Of a stretch of 64,000 nt of DNA, positions 13,006 to 24,844 are shown piece after piece (position 1 is the first letter of the stretch; each line of letters opens with the position of its first letter). The stretch covers positions 96,001-160,000 of the forward strand of contig CAVUCU010000005.1 of assembly GCA_963740085.1 (NCBI GenBank). Reading direction: 5' to 3'. This stretch comes from Nitrospirota bacterium (GTDB lineage: Bacteria > Nitrospirota > UBA9217). Under the pieces are notes generated by a model. That model had not been told where the DNA came from and made no database searches. It worked only from the letters and a program-made list of their open reading frames with translations. The translations under genes and the position numbers were made by a program.

Positions 13006-14927
13006 CTATTTTTTGTCCTTGTCGACTTCCTCAAACTCCGCGTCAACGACCTTCTCTTCCGGTTTCTTCCCGTCGCCGCCCGGAGCTCCGGAGGCAGCGT
13101 CCGCGCCCGCCTGTTCCTTGCCCATCTTGGAGTAGACCTCCTCGGCAAGCTTGTGCGATGCCTTGGCGAGCTCCGCCACGGCCTTCTTGATCGCCTCGAC
13201 ATCGGCGCCGTCCTTCACGCTCTTGGCCTGCTCAAGCGCCTTCTGGATGTCCGCGCGTTCCGCATCGGATGAGCTTTGAGCCATAGTCGGCCACGGATTT
13301 TTCAACAGAATAAATGAGCGTATCCGCCTCGTTTTTTGCCTCGGCTACTTCCTTCTTTTTCTTATCCTCAGCAGCGTGAGACTCCGCCTCCTTCACCGCC
13401 TTCTCAATTTCGTCCTTGCTCAGGCCGCTCGTTGCCGTGATCTTGATCGACTGCTCCCTGCCCGTACCGAGGTCCTTGGCCATGACGTGTACAATGCCAT
13501 TTGCGTCGATATCGAAGGAAACCTCGATCTGCGGGATACCGCGCGGCGCAGGCGGGATCCCGACGAGTTCGAAGCGGCCCATGGTCTTGTTGTCCGCCGC
13601 CATTTCGCGTTCACCCTGGACCACGTGGATGGATACCGCGGTCTGGTTGTCCGATGCGGTGGAAAATATCTGGCTCTTCTTGGTCGGGATCGTAGTGTTC
13701 CGTTCGATAAGCTTGGTCGTTACGTTGCCCAGGGTCTCGATGCCCAGGGACAGCGGCGTCACGTCGAGGAGCAGGACGTCCTTCACCTGACCGGTGAGGA
13801 CCGCTCCCTGGATGGCCGCGCCGATCGCAACCACCTCGTCCGGGTTCACCCCGCGGTGCGGTTCCTTCTTGAAGAACTCCTTTACCGCGGCGATCACCTT
13901 GGGGGTGCGCGTCTGGCCGCCGACCATGACCGCTTCATTGATCTGTTCCACGGTCTTGCCCGCATCGGTTAAGCGCCTTCTTGCACGGTTCAATGCTCCT
14001 CTTGATGAGGTCGTCGACGAGCTGTTCGAATTTTGCTCGTGATAACTTTAAGAGCAGATGCTTGGGTCCGGTCGCGTCCGCTGTGACAAACGGGAGGTTG
14101 ATCTCCGTTTCCATGACCGTGGACAGTTCGCACTTGGCCTTTTCCGCGGCCTCCTTGAGCCGCTGGAGCGCCATCTTGTCCTTGCTGAGATCGATTCCCT
14201 GGTCCTTTTTGAATTCGTCGGCCAGCCACCTGATAATGCGGTCATCGAAGTCGTCTCCGCCCAGGAACGTGTCGCCGTTCGTGGACTTCACCTCGAATAC
14301 TCCCTCGCCGAGCTCGAGGATGGATATATCGAAGGTACCGCCGCCCAGGTCATACACCGCAATGGTCTCGTCCTTCTTCTTATCGAGGCCATAGGCGAGT
14401 GAAGCGGCCGTAGGCTCGTTGATGATCCGGAGCACATTCAGCCCTGCGATCAGTCCCGCATCCTTGGTGGCCTGCCGCTGGCTGTCATTAAAATATGCCG
14501 GTACCGTGATGACCGCATCGGTCACTTTCTCGCCCAGGTAATCTTCGGCGGTCTGCCTCATCTTCTGCAGGATCATGGCTGAAACCTCTGCCGGGCTGTA
14601 GACCTTGCCGCGGATCTCCACATGCGCATCTCCGTTGTCCGCCTTCACGATCTTGTAGGGCAGGTGTTTCTTCGCCTCGCTGACCTCCGTCGTATCGTAT
14701 TTTCTGCCGATAAGACGCTTGATCGAAAATATCGTATTATCGGGATTCGTGATCGATTGCCGTTTTGCGATCTGGCCCACGAGCCGCTCGCCGCTCTCGG
14801 TAATTGCCACGACGGACGGTGTGGTCCGGCTCCCTTCAGAGTTCGGGATCACAACCGGCTCCCCGCCTTCCAAGATCGCAACGCATGAGTTCGTAGTACC
14901 CAGGTCAATTCCTATAACTTTTGCCAT
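13006..14927 (-). CDS. dnaK: chaperone DnaK, with two +1 frameshifts (~13970, ~13270), probably sequence errors
   Basis: [37 protein letters not shown] across three ORFs; removing one A at each site restores a 639-aa frame. Confidence 0.93.
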
Positions 14928-15006
14928 AATAGCCTCCTTGAATTTTCAATTAAAAAAACGCTAAAACGAGACGGTTCCCTTGTTTCTACTGCCCCGATTA
15001 CTGCGG

Positions 15007-15621
15007 TCACTCTTTCATTTCTACCTTTGTATGTTTCTCGCGCTTCTCACCATCAGGTTTCTTCGACACACTCACTTTCGCATGGCGAAGCACTTTCTCG
15101 TGATACAGATATCCGTCCTGCATCACCTGCACTACCGTGTTATCCGGGACGTCGGCAGTGATCACTTGCATCATTGCGTCATGCCGGGCCGGATCAAAAG
15201 GCTCTCCCTCGGCAGCAAACCGTTTGACCCCGAACTTTTCAAGCACATCGCTGAACTGTTTATAAACGATCTCCACGCCCTGCTGCAATCCCTGCACTGT
15301 CTCTCCCGACTCGCCCGCATGCTTAAGCGCCAGCCCCAGATGATCAATGACGGTCAGAAGCTCAAGCGCAAACTGCTCATTGGCATATTTGCGGAAATCG
15401 GCGAGATCCCGTTGCATTCGTTTGCGATAATTTTCAAAATCGGCATAGGTCCGGAGATACTTTTCATTCGCTGCCGCGGCCTCCCTGGTCTTTTGATCAA
15501 GTTCCCGGGTAAGCTCCTCGATCAAAGGTCCGGATGTCTCCTGCTGTTTTGTCCGCTCGTCGGCATCCGGGGGTATCACCTCTAAGTCCTCTTCCCGTAT
15601 ATCATCAAATTCACTCGTCAT
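15007..15621 (-). CDS. grpE: nucleotide exchange factor GrpE
   Basis: ADFENYRKR, FDPARHDA, GY..HEKVLRHAKVSV; position in the operon. Confidence 0.95.
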   Translation of the reverse strand: MTSEFDDIREEDLEVIPPDADERTKQQETSGPLIEELTRELDQKTREAAAANEKYLRTYADFENYRKRMQRDLADFRKYANEQFALELLTVIDHLGLALKHAGESGETVQGLQQGVEIVYKQFSDVLEKFGVKRFAAEGEPFDPARHDAMMQVITADVPDNTVVQVMQDGYLYHEKVLRHAKVSVSKKPDGEKREKHTKVEMKE

Positions 15622-16664
15622 CGTTCAAGACCCCTCTGAAACCGCTCTTCCAAAAGCTTCGATAACATCTTTGAAGTATAATCGACCACCTGAATAACCT
15701 GTTTGTACTGCATCCTCGTGGGGCCAATCACTCCAAGGGTGCCCACGACGTTCGGACTGGCCTTGTAGCTGCTCACCACCATACTGCAACCTTGCATCTC
15801 GAAAAACGTGTTCTCGGAACCGATAAAAACCTTGATGCCCTCAGCCGCAACGCTTCGGTCAAGCAGCCTGAGCAACTTATATTTGTCCTCGAAGGCCTTG
15901 AACAGGGACCTCATCTTGTCAACAGTCGCAAACTCGGGGTTCTCGAGCATCTTGGATGCCCCGCCGATATACACCATTTCGTTTTCTCGATCATGGACCT
16001 CCTGGCTGGCCCTGCAGGTCTCGTCCATCAATTGAGCAAAGACGAGCTTCTCTTCCCGCATCTTCTCAATCAGCCGCTGTCTGATCTCGGTCAGCGACCA
16101 GCGCTCAAGCTCTTCAACCAGATAGGCGCTGAACTGGTTCAAATCCTGCTGCCGAATGCTTTCATCCAGTTCGATCAACTTGTTCTGAACGATCCCCGTG
16201 GCAGTCACGAAAATAATGAGCACCCGACTTCCGTGCAATCGTACAAACTCGATATGCTTATACTTTGCCTCTGGCTCGGATGGTGCGACCACCACCCCGG
16301 CACATTGTGAGAGGGACGCAAGGAAACGGCTCGCCTCCTCCATAAGCTCGTGGAGATCATCGCCATGCAACGGAGGCGCCTGCCGAAGCTGGTCGCCGAA
16401 GTCATCTGCATCCTTCTCGATACTGATCAGGCTGTCGATATAATACCGGTAGCCCAAGTCCGTGGGTATCCTGCCGGCAGAGGTGTGTGGATGGGTCAGA
16501 TACCCCAATTCCTCAAGCTCTGCCATGATATTCCTGAGTGTAGCAGAACTCACCCCGAAATCATACTTCTTGACCAGCACTGTTGAACCCACCGGCGCGC
16601 CGCTCGCAATATAGCTGTCAATGACAGCTTGCAATACCCTCTTGTTTCTTTCCTGGAACTCCAT
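15618..16664 (-). CDS. hrcA: heat-inducible transcription repressor HrcA
   Basis: SSATLRNIMAELEELGYLTHPHTSAGRIPTDLGYRYY; GVIGPTRM. Confidence 0.97.
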   Translation of the reverse strand: MEFQERNKRVLQAVIDSYIASGAPVGSTVLVKKYDFGVSSATLRNIMAELEELGYLTHPHTSAGRIPTDLGYRYYIDSLISIEKDADDFGDQLRQAPPLHGDDLHELMEEASRFLASLSQCAGVVVAPSEPEAKYKHIEFVRLHGSRVLIIFVTATGIVQNKLIELDESIRQQDLNQFSAYLVEELERWSLTEIRQRLIEKMREEKLVFAQLMDETCRASQEVHDRENEMVYIGGASKMLENPEFATVDKMRSLFKAFEDKYKLLRLLDRSVAAEGIKVFIGSENTFFEMQGCSMVVSSYKASPNVVGTLGVIGPTRMQYKQVIQVVDYTSKMLSKLLEERFQRGLER

Positions 16665-16703
16665 ACAGCATATACCTTCTTATAATATCAATCCAAAAAT
16701 ACA

Positions 16704-16730
16704 TTAGCACTCGCCATAATAGAGTGCTAA
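16704..16730. promoter_or_regulatory. CIRCE operator of the hrcA operon
   Basis: Perfect TTAGCACTC-N9-GAGTGCTAA, just downstream of a minus-strand TTGACA-N17-TAAATT promoter (16732-16760). Confidence 0.97.
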
Positions 16731-16818
16731 TAATTTAACATATGACCTCTTTTGTGTCAAGCGGTTATTTTTTCCTTTCATTTTATGACTGTATTTTATG
16801 CGTACCTTCAAACGCCCT

Positions 16819-16848
16819 AAAAAAAATCCCGCATAATTTGCGGGATTT
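16819..16848 (-). terminator. terminator after hsp20
   Basis: Stem AAATCCCGCA/TGCGGGATTT plus T run on the minus strand. Confidence 0.7.
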
Positions 16849-16895
16849 AATGGCCCTCTTCATGAACGGGGCAGGTAAAAGACACAGTACCCCTC

Positions 16896-17405
16896 TTATG
16901 CAGCTTTCTTTGCTTCAGTCTCTATGGCCTTTTTCTCTTCCTTCGGTGCTTCAATCTCGATCTTCCGTGCCCTGGTGATTACCGGAGCAGGCATCGTGAT
17001 CTCGAGAATACCATTCGCGAATTTCGCCTTCAACTCATCGGTTTTCACGCCCTCGGGCAGCACGAAACGTCGCTCGAAAGAACCATAAAGAATCTCCCGG
17101 TATGCATAGTTCTCTTCCTTTGCATCTTTTTCTGACTTCCGTTCACCCTTGATGACAAGATCTCTCTCGGTGATGCTGACATCAAGGTCTTTCGGATCAA
17201 CACCGGGAAGCTCAGCCTTAACTACTAATTTCCCGTCCTTCGTGTAACTCTCAATCGAAGGCATCCAGACCGATGTACGTTCGCCTGGCACCTCTCCGAG
17301 AAATCGATCAAAGAGCCTGTCCATGTCAAACTGCATTGAACGTAAATCTGTAAATGGATCCCACTGTTTCATCCGGAAAGGATCCCACCTTATCAAGCTT
17401 TTCAT
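16896..17405 (-). CDS. Hsp20/alpha-crystallin small heat-shock protein
   Basis: WDPF..., AELPGV, YGSFERRFVLP, NGILEI; SD GAGGAGG before the ATG at 17405. Confidence 0.93.
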   Translation of the reverse strand: MKSLIRWDPFRMKQWDPFTDLRSMQFDMDRLFDRFLGEVPGERTSVWMPSIESYTKDGKLVVKAELPGVDPKDLDVSITERDLVIKGERKSEKDAKEENYAYREILYGSFERRFVLPEGVKTDELKAKFANGILEITMPAPVITRARKIEIEAPKEEKKAIETEAKKAA

Positions 17406-17614
17406 AGTAATTCCTCCTCTCCTGAAATATTCACAATCTCCATTTTCGGTATCCTCTCTCAGCCGATGTCTCCACAAACCATGGCCAAAGGCTGGTGAAG
17501 CCCCTGATACCCCAAACAGATTGCTTTGAAGATTGCTGAATAAGAACAACGACTCCCTAAAGTTTATAGCACCTATGTCACCTCCTCGTATTACTTTTTT
17601 CTTTTTGCATGTAA

Positions 17615-17655
17615 AATATACCACCTCTCTGGCACTCTGTCAAGTAGAGTGCCAG
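17615..17655 (-). promoter_or_regulatory. hsp20 promoter with a CIRCE variant centred on the -35 box
   Basis: CTGGCACTC-N9-GAGTGCCAG (17629-17655); its spacer contains minus-strand TTGACA, followed by N17 and TATATT. Confidence 0.85.
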
Positions 17656-17710
17656 AACACATAACATTATGTTTTTAAATACAAATTAAACTGCTTTCTT
17701 TTTAAAACAG

Positions 17711-17741
17711 AAAAGGAGGTAAGAATTTCTTACCTCCTTTT
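17711..17741. terminator. bidirectional terminator-like hairpin
   Basis: AAAAGGAGGTAAGA-att-TCTTACCTCCTTTT. Confidence 0.65.
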
Positions 17742-18202
17742 TGTTTAATTAATTCAGCTGGTTATGTTTATTCTTTAAAATTCTTTTACCGTTTGAATAT
17801 TATCCTCTGTTAGCGAACGCAAATTTGCTGGGCGGCGGATATATAACAGTTTGTCCAATCCTGCGATAATACAGGCATATTTTTTCGAAATATTACGACA
17901 TACCCCAGATAGCTACCCCCGAAATGCTGGATGCCAGAAGACCTCATCAGGCTAATCTGGTCATCATAGTACACAAAATATATCTACTGCCATTTTTATG
18001 GTCTTCACCTACAATTCTGCAGTGCCAATATTGTGACAAGGGCAACAAATAGTGGATGGAGTTTACCCCATTCGGAAAAAACTCTACCAGAAAAGTTTGG
18101 GAAGTGAAAAACTGAAATTATGCTCTTTTCTTAAAATTCTTTGAAATCGCACATCACATAATGTAAGGCATTATTTTTTGTCTTATCACTCAGTGTCCTG
18201 TT

Positions 18203-21200
18203 TCATTGTCCAAGCGTGAAATAAAACGTCGCCCCTTTGCCGACTTCCCCCTCAGCCCAGACCGTCCCGCCGTGACGGCGAATGATCCGGTCTACGACTG
18301 GCTAGACCGATTCCCGTGCCCTCGAACTCCTTTTCGGAATGGAGGCGATGGAAGGGAAGAAACATCTTCCCGGCATAGGTAGGATTGAACCCTGCTCCAT
18401 TGTCTTTGACGAAATAAACGGTCTTCCCGTCTTTTGGGGTGGCACCGAACTCGATGCGCGCATTCTCAGTATGTGAAGTAAATTTCCATGCGTTATCAAG
18501 CAGGTTTGTAAGCACAACCTTCATTAGGTTGGGATCTACAACGGCTCTCAGTCCTTCAGCGATAACCACCTCAATGTTTCTCGCAGAAAAGGCATCACGT
18601 AAGCCGCTCACGACGACGGACGCCAGATAGCTCAGATCATAATCTATACGATCGAGATCGTGCAACGAAATACGCGACAACCGCAGGAGATCTACGATGA
18701 GTTGGTTCATCTTATCCGAGCCACGATTAATGCGGGAAAGATAGTCTCTGCCTTGCGCATCGAGCTTGTCTGAATAATCCTCATATAGGCTTTTGGAGAA
18801 TCCCGATATTGTTCGAAGTGGCGCCCGCAAGTCATGCGAGACGGTATAGGTGAAGGCTTGAAGCTCTTTGTTGAGAGAATTCAGTTCAGCGACTTGGTGA
18901 TTCAATTGCTCGTTAAGCGCTAATATCTGTTGCTCGGCTTTATTGCGCCCGGTGATGTCGCGTTCCGTCGTAGCAAAAGCCTCCATAATCTTCCCGGCTG
19001 CGTTCAAAACTGGCGTGGCGGTCAGCCAGATATCCAATATACGGCCGTCCTTCGCAATGCGCTGAGTCTCGAAAGAAGAAACAGTTTCCCCGGCAGCCAG
19101 CCTTCGGAACAGGTCGGTGGTTTCGGCAATTTTGTCGGGAGGCGTCATGTCGCGGATGTTCATCTGCAATGCCTCGGCCTCGCTCCACCCGTACATATCC
19201 CTCGCGCCCCGGTTCCACGTCAGGATTTTGCCTTTCAGATCGAACAGAAGGACCGCATCATTGGAATCCATCAAAACCGTGGCTAACCTGCGGGTCTGCT
19301 TCTCTGCCCGCATCACTCGGGTTATGTCGCTGAAGGTAACAATCACGCCGTCTATCTCACCCCTCTGCGTGCGATACGGCAAGACGCGCACCAGGTAGTG
19401 CGATCCGTCGGCATGCCGCACTTCCCGTTCGATAACGTCTCCCCCCGCCGCGACGGCGCGGGCATCCGACGGCAGGTCGAAGTCGGTGAAATTCAGCGAC
19501 AGGTCGTTGATCGGCCGGCCCGTGTCCGAGGGGATCAGCTTCAAGACCCGTGTGGTCGCGGGAGTGAAGAGCTTGATTCGCAGCTCGCCGTCCAGAAATA
19601 GCGTGGCGATCTCCGTGGATTTCAGGAAATTGGCCATGTCACTGTTGGCCGCGTCCAATTTCTCGACCTTCTCCTGGAGCTGACTGTTTACAATGCTCAA
19701 TTCCTCATTGACCGACTGCAATTCCTCTTTGGAGGTCTCCAGCTCTTCAACCGTGGACTGCAGTTCCTCGTTGGTGGAGACCACTTCCTCGTTGGAGACG
19801 CGAAGTTCTTCATTGGACGCCTGGAATTCCCCGATAGTTGCCTGGAGTTCCTGCCGTGTGGCCCGGAGTTCATCTTCGAGTTGTTTCACCGCTGTTTCGC
19901 TTCTCGCCGCTTTGGATCTGTTCGGCCGTCGGGATCGAGGGGCGGGGAATATCCTCGAAGATCACGGCAAGCAGCGGTGCTTCAGCACTCCGCTGCGGCA
20001 CGGGCGCGATGGTGACGCGAACGAACGTGCTGCCTTCATCACGCGTGATCGGAACGCTGTCCAGCATGACTGTCTTGCCATCCTGGATCGCCTTGTGCAA
20101 TGCAGACCGCAGTCTTGTGGAAAGCCCTTCCTTGGCCATGCCCAGCAGGTTCAGGCTGGGCTCGGCCGTGGGCATATTGAGATACTTGCCGGTGTGACCG
20201 TGGAACTGGAGGATCTGTCCCTTACGGTCAACCAATACGACGGCGGCCGCAAAATGATTCAGGATTGTCTGACGGATTATGTCCGCAAACGCGGCCACCG
20301 GAGGTTTGATTGCTGCTGATACTGCGGGTGGCAGCACTCTCTTCTTTCCGGGCACAATCGGTGAATCCAGGATGATAGGGCGGGCCGGGATAAGACGGCG
20401 AAAAAGCCTCGCCTTCTTCGAGACAACATCGAACAGGTCGTTCTGGCCGCCGATCCCCTCCGACTTGCCCAGGAACAGATATCCGCCGGAATTGAGCGCG
20501 AAGTTGAAAAGCGGAATGAGTTTAGTCTGCGTTTCGGCATCCAGATAGATGAGGAGATTGCGGCAGCTGATGATGTCCATTTTTGAAAAGGGAGGGTCGG
20601 TAATCAGGTTTTGGACGGCGAAGACCACAGACTTGCGGACTGGCTCGGTAACTTGATAGCCCCGGTCATTTCTGATAAAGAACTTCGACAGGCGTTCGGG
20701 CGCCACGTCTACAGCAATGCTCTCGGGGTAGATGCCCTGTCGGGCGAATTCCAGTGCCTCCTCATCAATGTCAGTCGCAAACACCTGCACGGGGCAGTTT
20801 TTGCGGGCCGCAGTGACTTCCTCCATCAGTAATATAGCCAGGGAATACGCTTCCTCGCCGGACGCACAGCCTGCAACCCAGACTCGGAGTGGCTCGTCGG
20901 ACTGTTTGGCCCGAACCAGCGGAGCAATGACCGCCTGACGGAGTTCCTCGAACACTTCCGCATCCCGGAAGAATGAAGTGACGTTGATGAGCAAATCCTT
21001 GAATAACTCGTTTACCTCACCAGTGTCCTGCCGAAGCCGGTCATAATACCGGGCCAGGTCCGGTATTCGGTGAAGGCCCATGCGGCGTTCGATGCGTCTG
21101 ACGATGGTGCTCTTCTTGTAGCATCTGAAATCACTGCCCTTTTGAGCAAGCACCAGGGATAGAATGTCCTGAAGACCTCCGGGTTTTCCCTCGGCCTCAA

Positions 21201-21906
21201 GGACAGCTGCCGGCACTCCACCCCTGACATAAGGATGCTGAAGGTAATTGAGGAGAGCCTCGGGCATTCGGTCCGGCGGAAGGACAAAATCCACCATCCC
21301 TGTAGCGACCGCGTTGCGAGGCATATCGTTGAATTGGGCAGTCTGCGGGTCCTGCGCGATGGCCAGACCTCCGGCGCCGCGGATTGCCCGGACCCCCAGG
21401 GTCCCGTCCGAACCGGCTCCGGAGAAGAGAATGCAGATCGCCCGTTCCTGTTGGTCCTCCGCCAATGAGCGAAAGAAAAAGTCGATGGGCATCCGAATGC
21501 TGTCATGGGTGACAGGCTCGGTCAGATACAAGACTCCCTCGCGGCTCTGAAGGTATTTATTAGGCGGAATGACGTAGACGTAGTTGGGCTCAACCGGCAA
21601 TGTATCGCGGGCCTGAACGACCCTCATGCGCGTGTACTGGGCCAGGATTTCTGCTAGCAGGCTCTCGTGCATCGGAGCCAGATGCTGAATAACGACGAAG
21701 GCGGCCCCACTGTCGGCGGGCATGGTCGTGAAGAAAGTTTTAAAGGCTTCCAGAGAGCCCGCAGATCCGCCCATCCCGATCACCGGGATTGCCGAAGGGT
21801 TGTCGGCTGCTCCAGTATCTTCCTGATCAGGTTCGGTCGTCTTGTGAGATCCATCTCCATCCAGGGGTGCGGCCGACTGTTCCCGCTGTTTAATTTTTTT
21901 TGTCAT
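18203..21906 (-). CDS. CheB-CheR-coiled coil-PAS-histidine kinase fusion, with two +1 frameshifts (~19902, ~18299)
   Basis: CheB GGSAG/QH/SGAGSDG; Che[29 protein letters not shown]; NEELQS repeats; PAS; SHDLRAPL; true tail [28 protein letters not shown] lies in a shifted frame. Confidence 0.88.
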
Positions 21907-22157
21907 ATATTATTCGTTGATGCGGACGATAAAATCGTGATGATCTAAAAACAGAATGACTCTTCAACATATCAAAAAAAAGAGCGATATAATACATCTG
22001 TTCGAGACCGCATCGTCGGCTATTGCGAGCTACACTCCAAGCGGACTTCAGCAGGAAGAAGTCTATTCTTTTCTAAATTCATTGTCAATGGAAGAGAATA
22101 GGATGTTGAATGGGTATTCTTAGACATAGACGCTAACGAATTCAGAAGAAAGTTTTT

Positions 22158-24566
22158 TTACAACTTTGGGAAATCATCCACCCGGATCACCTCAGCGCGG
22201 GCAGCCAAAGCTAGACGCAAAATTTCCGCCTCGGCCACTGTCACTACCCCTGCCCTGGCCCCCTCATCAAGCAGCAGGGCATCGGGTTGCTCCTTCAATT
22301 TGCCGGTCCGCACCGCATCCCGCAGTTTTTTCTCCACCGGCTCAGCGGCGATGACTTTGGGCAGCGCGTCTTCCAGCCGGCCCAGCGGCTCTGTCAAACT
22401 CTTGGGGAGAAACAGCCCGGCTGTCAAACGGTCCCTTACTTGGGACGGTTCAAGCAGGATGCCTGCAACCCGGTGACCAAGACGGTCACTCGGTCCGGAA
22501 TAGGGCCGGCCGAGCGGGAAAACGAGCAGTCTGAGAAGCCAGGCCGCAGGGCGATTCGGGAAGTTGCGCAGGAGGCCGGCGAAACTCTCCTGGATGGAAA
22601 CAAGGATCTCTTCGCAGGCCCATTTGACCAGCGGCCATTCATCCTGCGGCCGGTGCCGGTCCTCATATAGCTTGAGCACGGCCGACAACAGGTAGAGATT
22701 GCTGAGGATGTCCGCCAAACGGCCGGAGAGCTTTTCCTTGCGCTTCAAATTCCCGCCTAAAAGCATCAGTGCCGCATCGGCGGTCAGGGCAAAAGCTGCG
22801 CTCAGACGGGTGGCCTTCTGGAAATACCGGCGGGCCGGCCCGCCAGGGACTCTGGCCAGCCGTCCGCCGGTCAGTCCCAGGAAAAGAGTCCGCGCCGCGT
22901 TGCTGATGAAGAAGCCGATGTGGCCAAACAGTGCCCGGTCGAAAAGCGTCAACCCCTTCCGTTGGTCCGGGTCAGCCGCCGCCCGCATCTCTTGCTGAAT
23001 ATACGGATGGCAGCGAATGGCACCTTGGCCGAATATGATCATGGAACGGGTCAAGATATTGGCCCCTTCTACCGTGATCCCGATCGGCGCCGACTGATAG
23101 ATCCGGCCGAGAAAGTTGCGCGGGCCAAGGATGATACCGCCACCACCCTGCACATCCATGCCGTCATTGACTACTCTGCGCATCCGTTCGGTCAGATGAT
23201 ATTTGACGATGGCGGTGATCACCGCCGGTTTCCTGCCTTGGTCGATGGCGCCGCAGGTCATGATCCGCGCTGCATCCATCAGGTAGGTGGTGCCTCCGAT
23301 CCTGGCCAGTGGCTCTTCGATCCCCTCAAAGCGGCCGATGGGAAGTTTGAACTGCTTTCGGATCCGTGCATGAGCACCGATGGCGCGGGAAGTCAGTTTA
23401 CCTGCGCCGGTGCTGAGGGCGGGCAGTGAGATGCCACGGCCGGTAGCGAGGGTCTCCATGAGCATCCGCCATCCCTTTCCGGCCATAGTATCGCCACCGA
23501 TTATAAAATCGATCGGGATGAACACATCCTTGCCCCAGGTGGGACCATTCTGAAACGGAATGCCGAGAGGATCGTGACGAGTGCCGATGGTGATGCCGGA
23601 AAGTTTTGCGGGGACCAGGGCGCAGGTGATGCCGATATCCTCCTTGTCGCCAAGGAGATGGTCGGGATCATGCAGCCTGAAGGCCAACCCGATAATGGTC
23701 GCAACCGGCCCGAGGGTGATGTATCGTTTTCCCCAGTTGAGCCGGATCCCGAGCGTCTCTTTCCCCTCGAACGCCCCATGGCAGACGATGCCAATATCGG
23801 GAACGGACGCGGCGTCGCTTCCCGCCTCGGGCCCGGTCAGGGCAAAGCAAGGGACTTCTTCCCCCTTGGCAAGCCGCGGCAGATAGAGATTTTTTTGTTG
23901 TTGCGTGCCGTAATGCAGCAGCAGTTCGGCGGGGCCAAGGGAGTTGGGGACCATCACGGTCACTGCGGCAGTGATGCTGCGGCTGGAGATCTTCATGATC
24001 ACCTGCGAATGAGCCAAGGCCGAGAACTGCAGCCCGCCGTACTCCTTCGGTATGATCATGCCGAAAAAGCCCCTGTCCTTGATGAATTTCCAGACCTCCA
24101 GCGGCAGGTCGTGCAGTTCGTTACAGATCTTCCAGTCATCGAGCATCAGGCAAAGCTCTTCCACCGGTCCATCGAGGAATGCCTGCTCTTCCAGCGTCAG
24201 TGCAGGCGCGGGTTCGGCCAGAAGTTTTTGCCAATTCGGCCGGCCACTGAAGAGTTCTCCGTCCCACCATACGGTGCCGGCTTCAAGTGCTTCCCGTTCT
24301 GTCTGGGACATGGGGGGGAGCAATTTTCGGAACAGGCCAAGCAGCGGTCTGCTCAGGAGCATACGGCGGAGCGGCATAACATTCAAGATCGCCGCAGCCA
24401 GCATGAAGATCAACCAGACAAGCATGTTTCCCCGGCCTGCAACGGCTAAATACCCCAGGAATGCCGCAACCACAGTGGTCCAGACCCAGAGCTTAACACG
24501 GAAATATGCCAATAACCAGACCAGCGAAAGCAACAGAACAACCGCCATAACGCCCTCTTTTGTCAT
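22158..24566 (-). CDS. fadE: long acyl-CoA dehydrogenase, FadE type
   Basis: N-terminal TM, ALEAGTVWWDGELFSG, CFALTGPEAGSDA, TVEGANILTR, ends IRVDDF. Confidence 0.9.
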   Translation of the reverse strand: MTKEGVMAVVLLLSLVWLLAYFRVKLWVWTTVVAAFLGYLAVAGRGNMLVWLIFMLAAAILNVMPLRRMLLSRPLLGLFRKLLPPMSQTEREALEAGTVWWDGELFSGRPNWQKLLAEPAPALTLEEQAFLDGPVEELCLMLDDWKICNELHDLPLEVWKFIKDRGFFGMIIPKEYGGLQFSALAHSQVIMKISSRSITAAVTVMVPNSLGPAELLLHYGTQQQKNLYLPRLAKGEEVPCFALTGPEAGSDAASVPDIGIVCHGAFEGKETLGIRLNWGKRYITLGPVATIIGLAFRLHDPDHLLGDKEDIGITCALVPAKLSGITIGTRHDPLGIPFQNGPTWGKDVFIPIDFIIGGDTMAGKGWRMLMETLATGRGISLPALSTGAGKLTSRAIGAHARIRKQFKLPIGRFEGIEEPLARIGGTTYLMDAARIMTCGAIDQGRKPAVITAIVKYHLTERMRRVVNDGMDVQGGGGIILGPRNFLGRIYQSAPIGITVEGANILTRSMIIFGQGAIRCHPYIQQEMRAAADPDQRKGLTLFDRALFGHIGFFISNAARTLFLGLTGGRLARVPGGPARRYFQKATRLSAAFALTADAALMLLGGNLKRKEKLSGRLADILSNLYLLSAVLKLYEDRHRPQDEWPLVKWACEEILVSIQESFAGLLRNFPNRPAAWLLRLLVFPLGRPYSGPSDRLGHRVAGILLEPSQVRDRLTAGLFLPKSLTEPLGRLEDALPKVIAAEPVEKKLRDAVRTGKLKEQPDALLLDEGARAGVVTVAEAEILRLALAARAEVIRVDDFPKL

Positions 24567-24844
24567 GCTAGAATACGATTCTTTGACATTATCTTAAAAT
24601 AAAAGTCAATCCATTCGGAAGAGATGAAGATATTGATTACTGCGCAAAGTATGCAATTTTCATAAAACGTAACTGTTGCGGAGTTCAGGAAGTACATTGC
24701 GAATGAGCTTTCGTTTCGAATTTATTCTTCTTCAGCATTCAGCCGCTTTGAAGAGGCCCCTCCATGGTCCATCGTAATCACTCCATTGTCAAATGGAACT
24801 CGGAGGTCGATTCTTCTGGACCGCAGAAAGGAGCTGCCGGTAAA

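Noticed and set aside
13232-14927. Programmed frameshifting or split DnaK
   Set aside because: No slippery sequence, and the same +1 pattern occurs in unrelated genes, so error is more parsimonious.
17800-17860. Possible integron attC site (GTTAGCG ... ATATAAC)
   Set aside because: The core sites are in the wrong order, with no convincing internal palindrome, cassette ORF or integrase.
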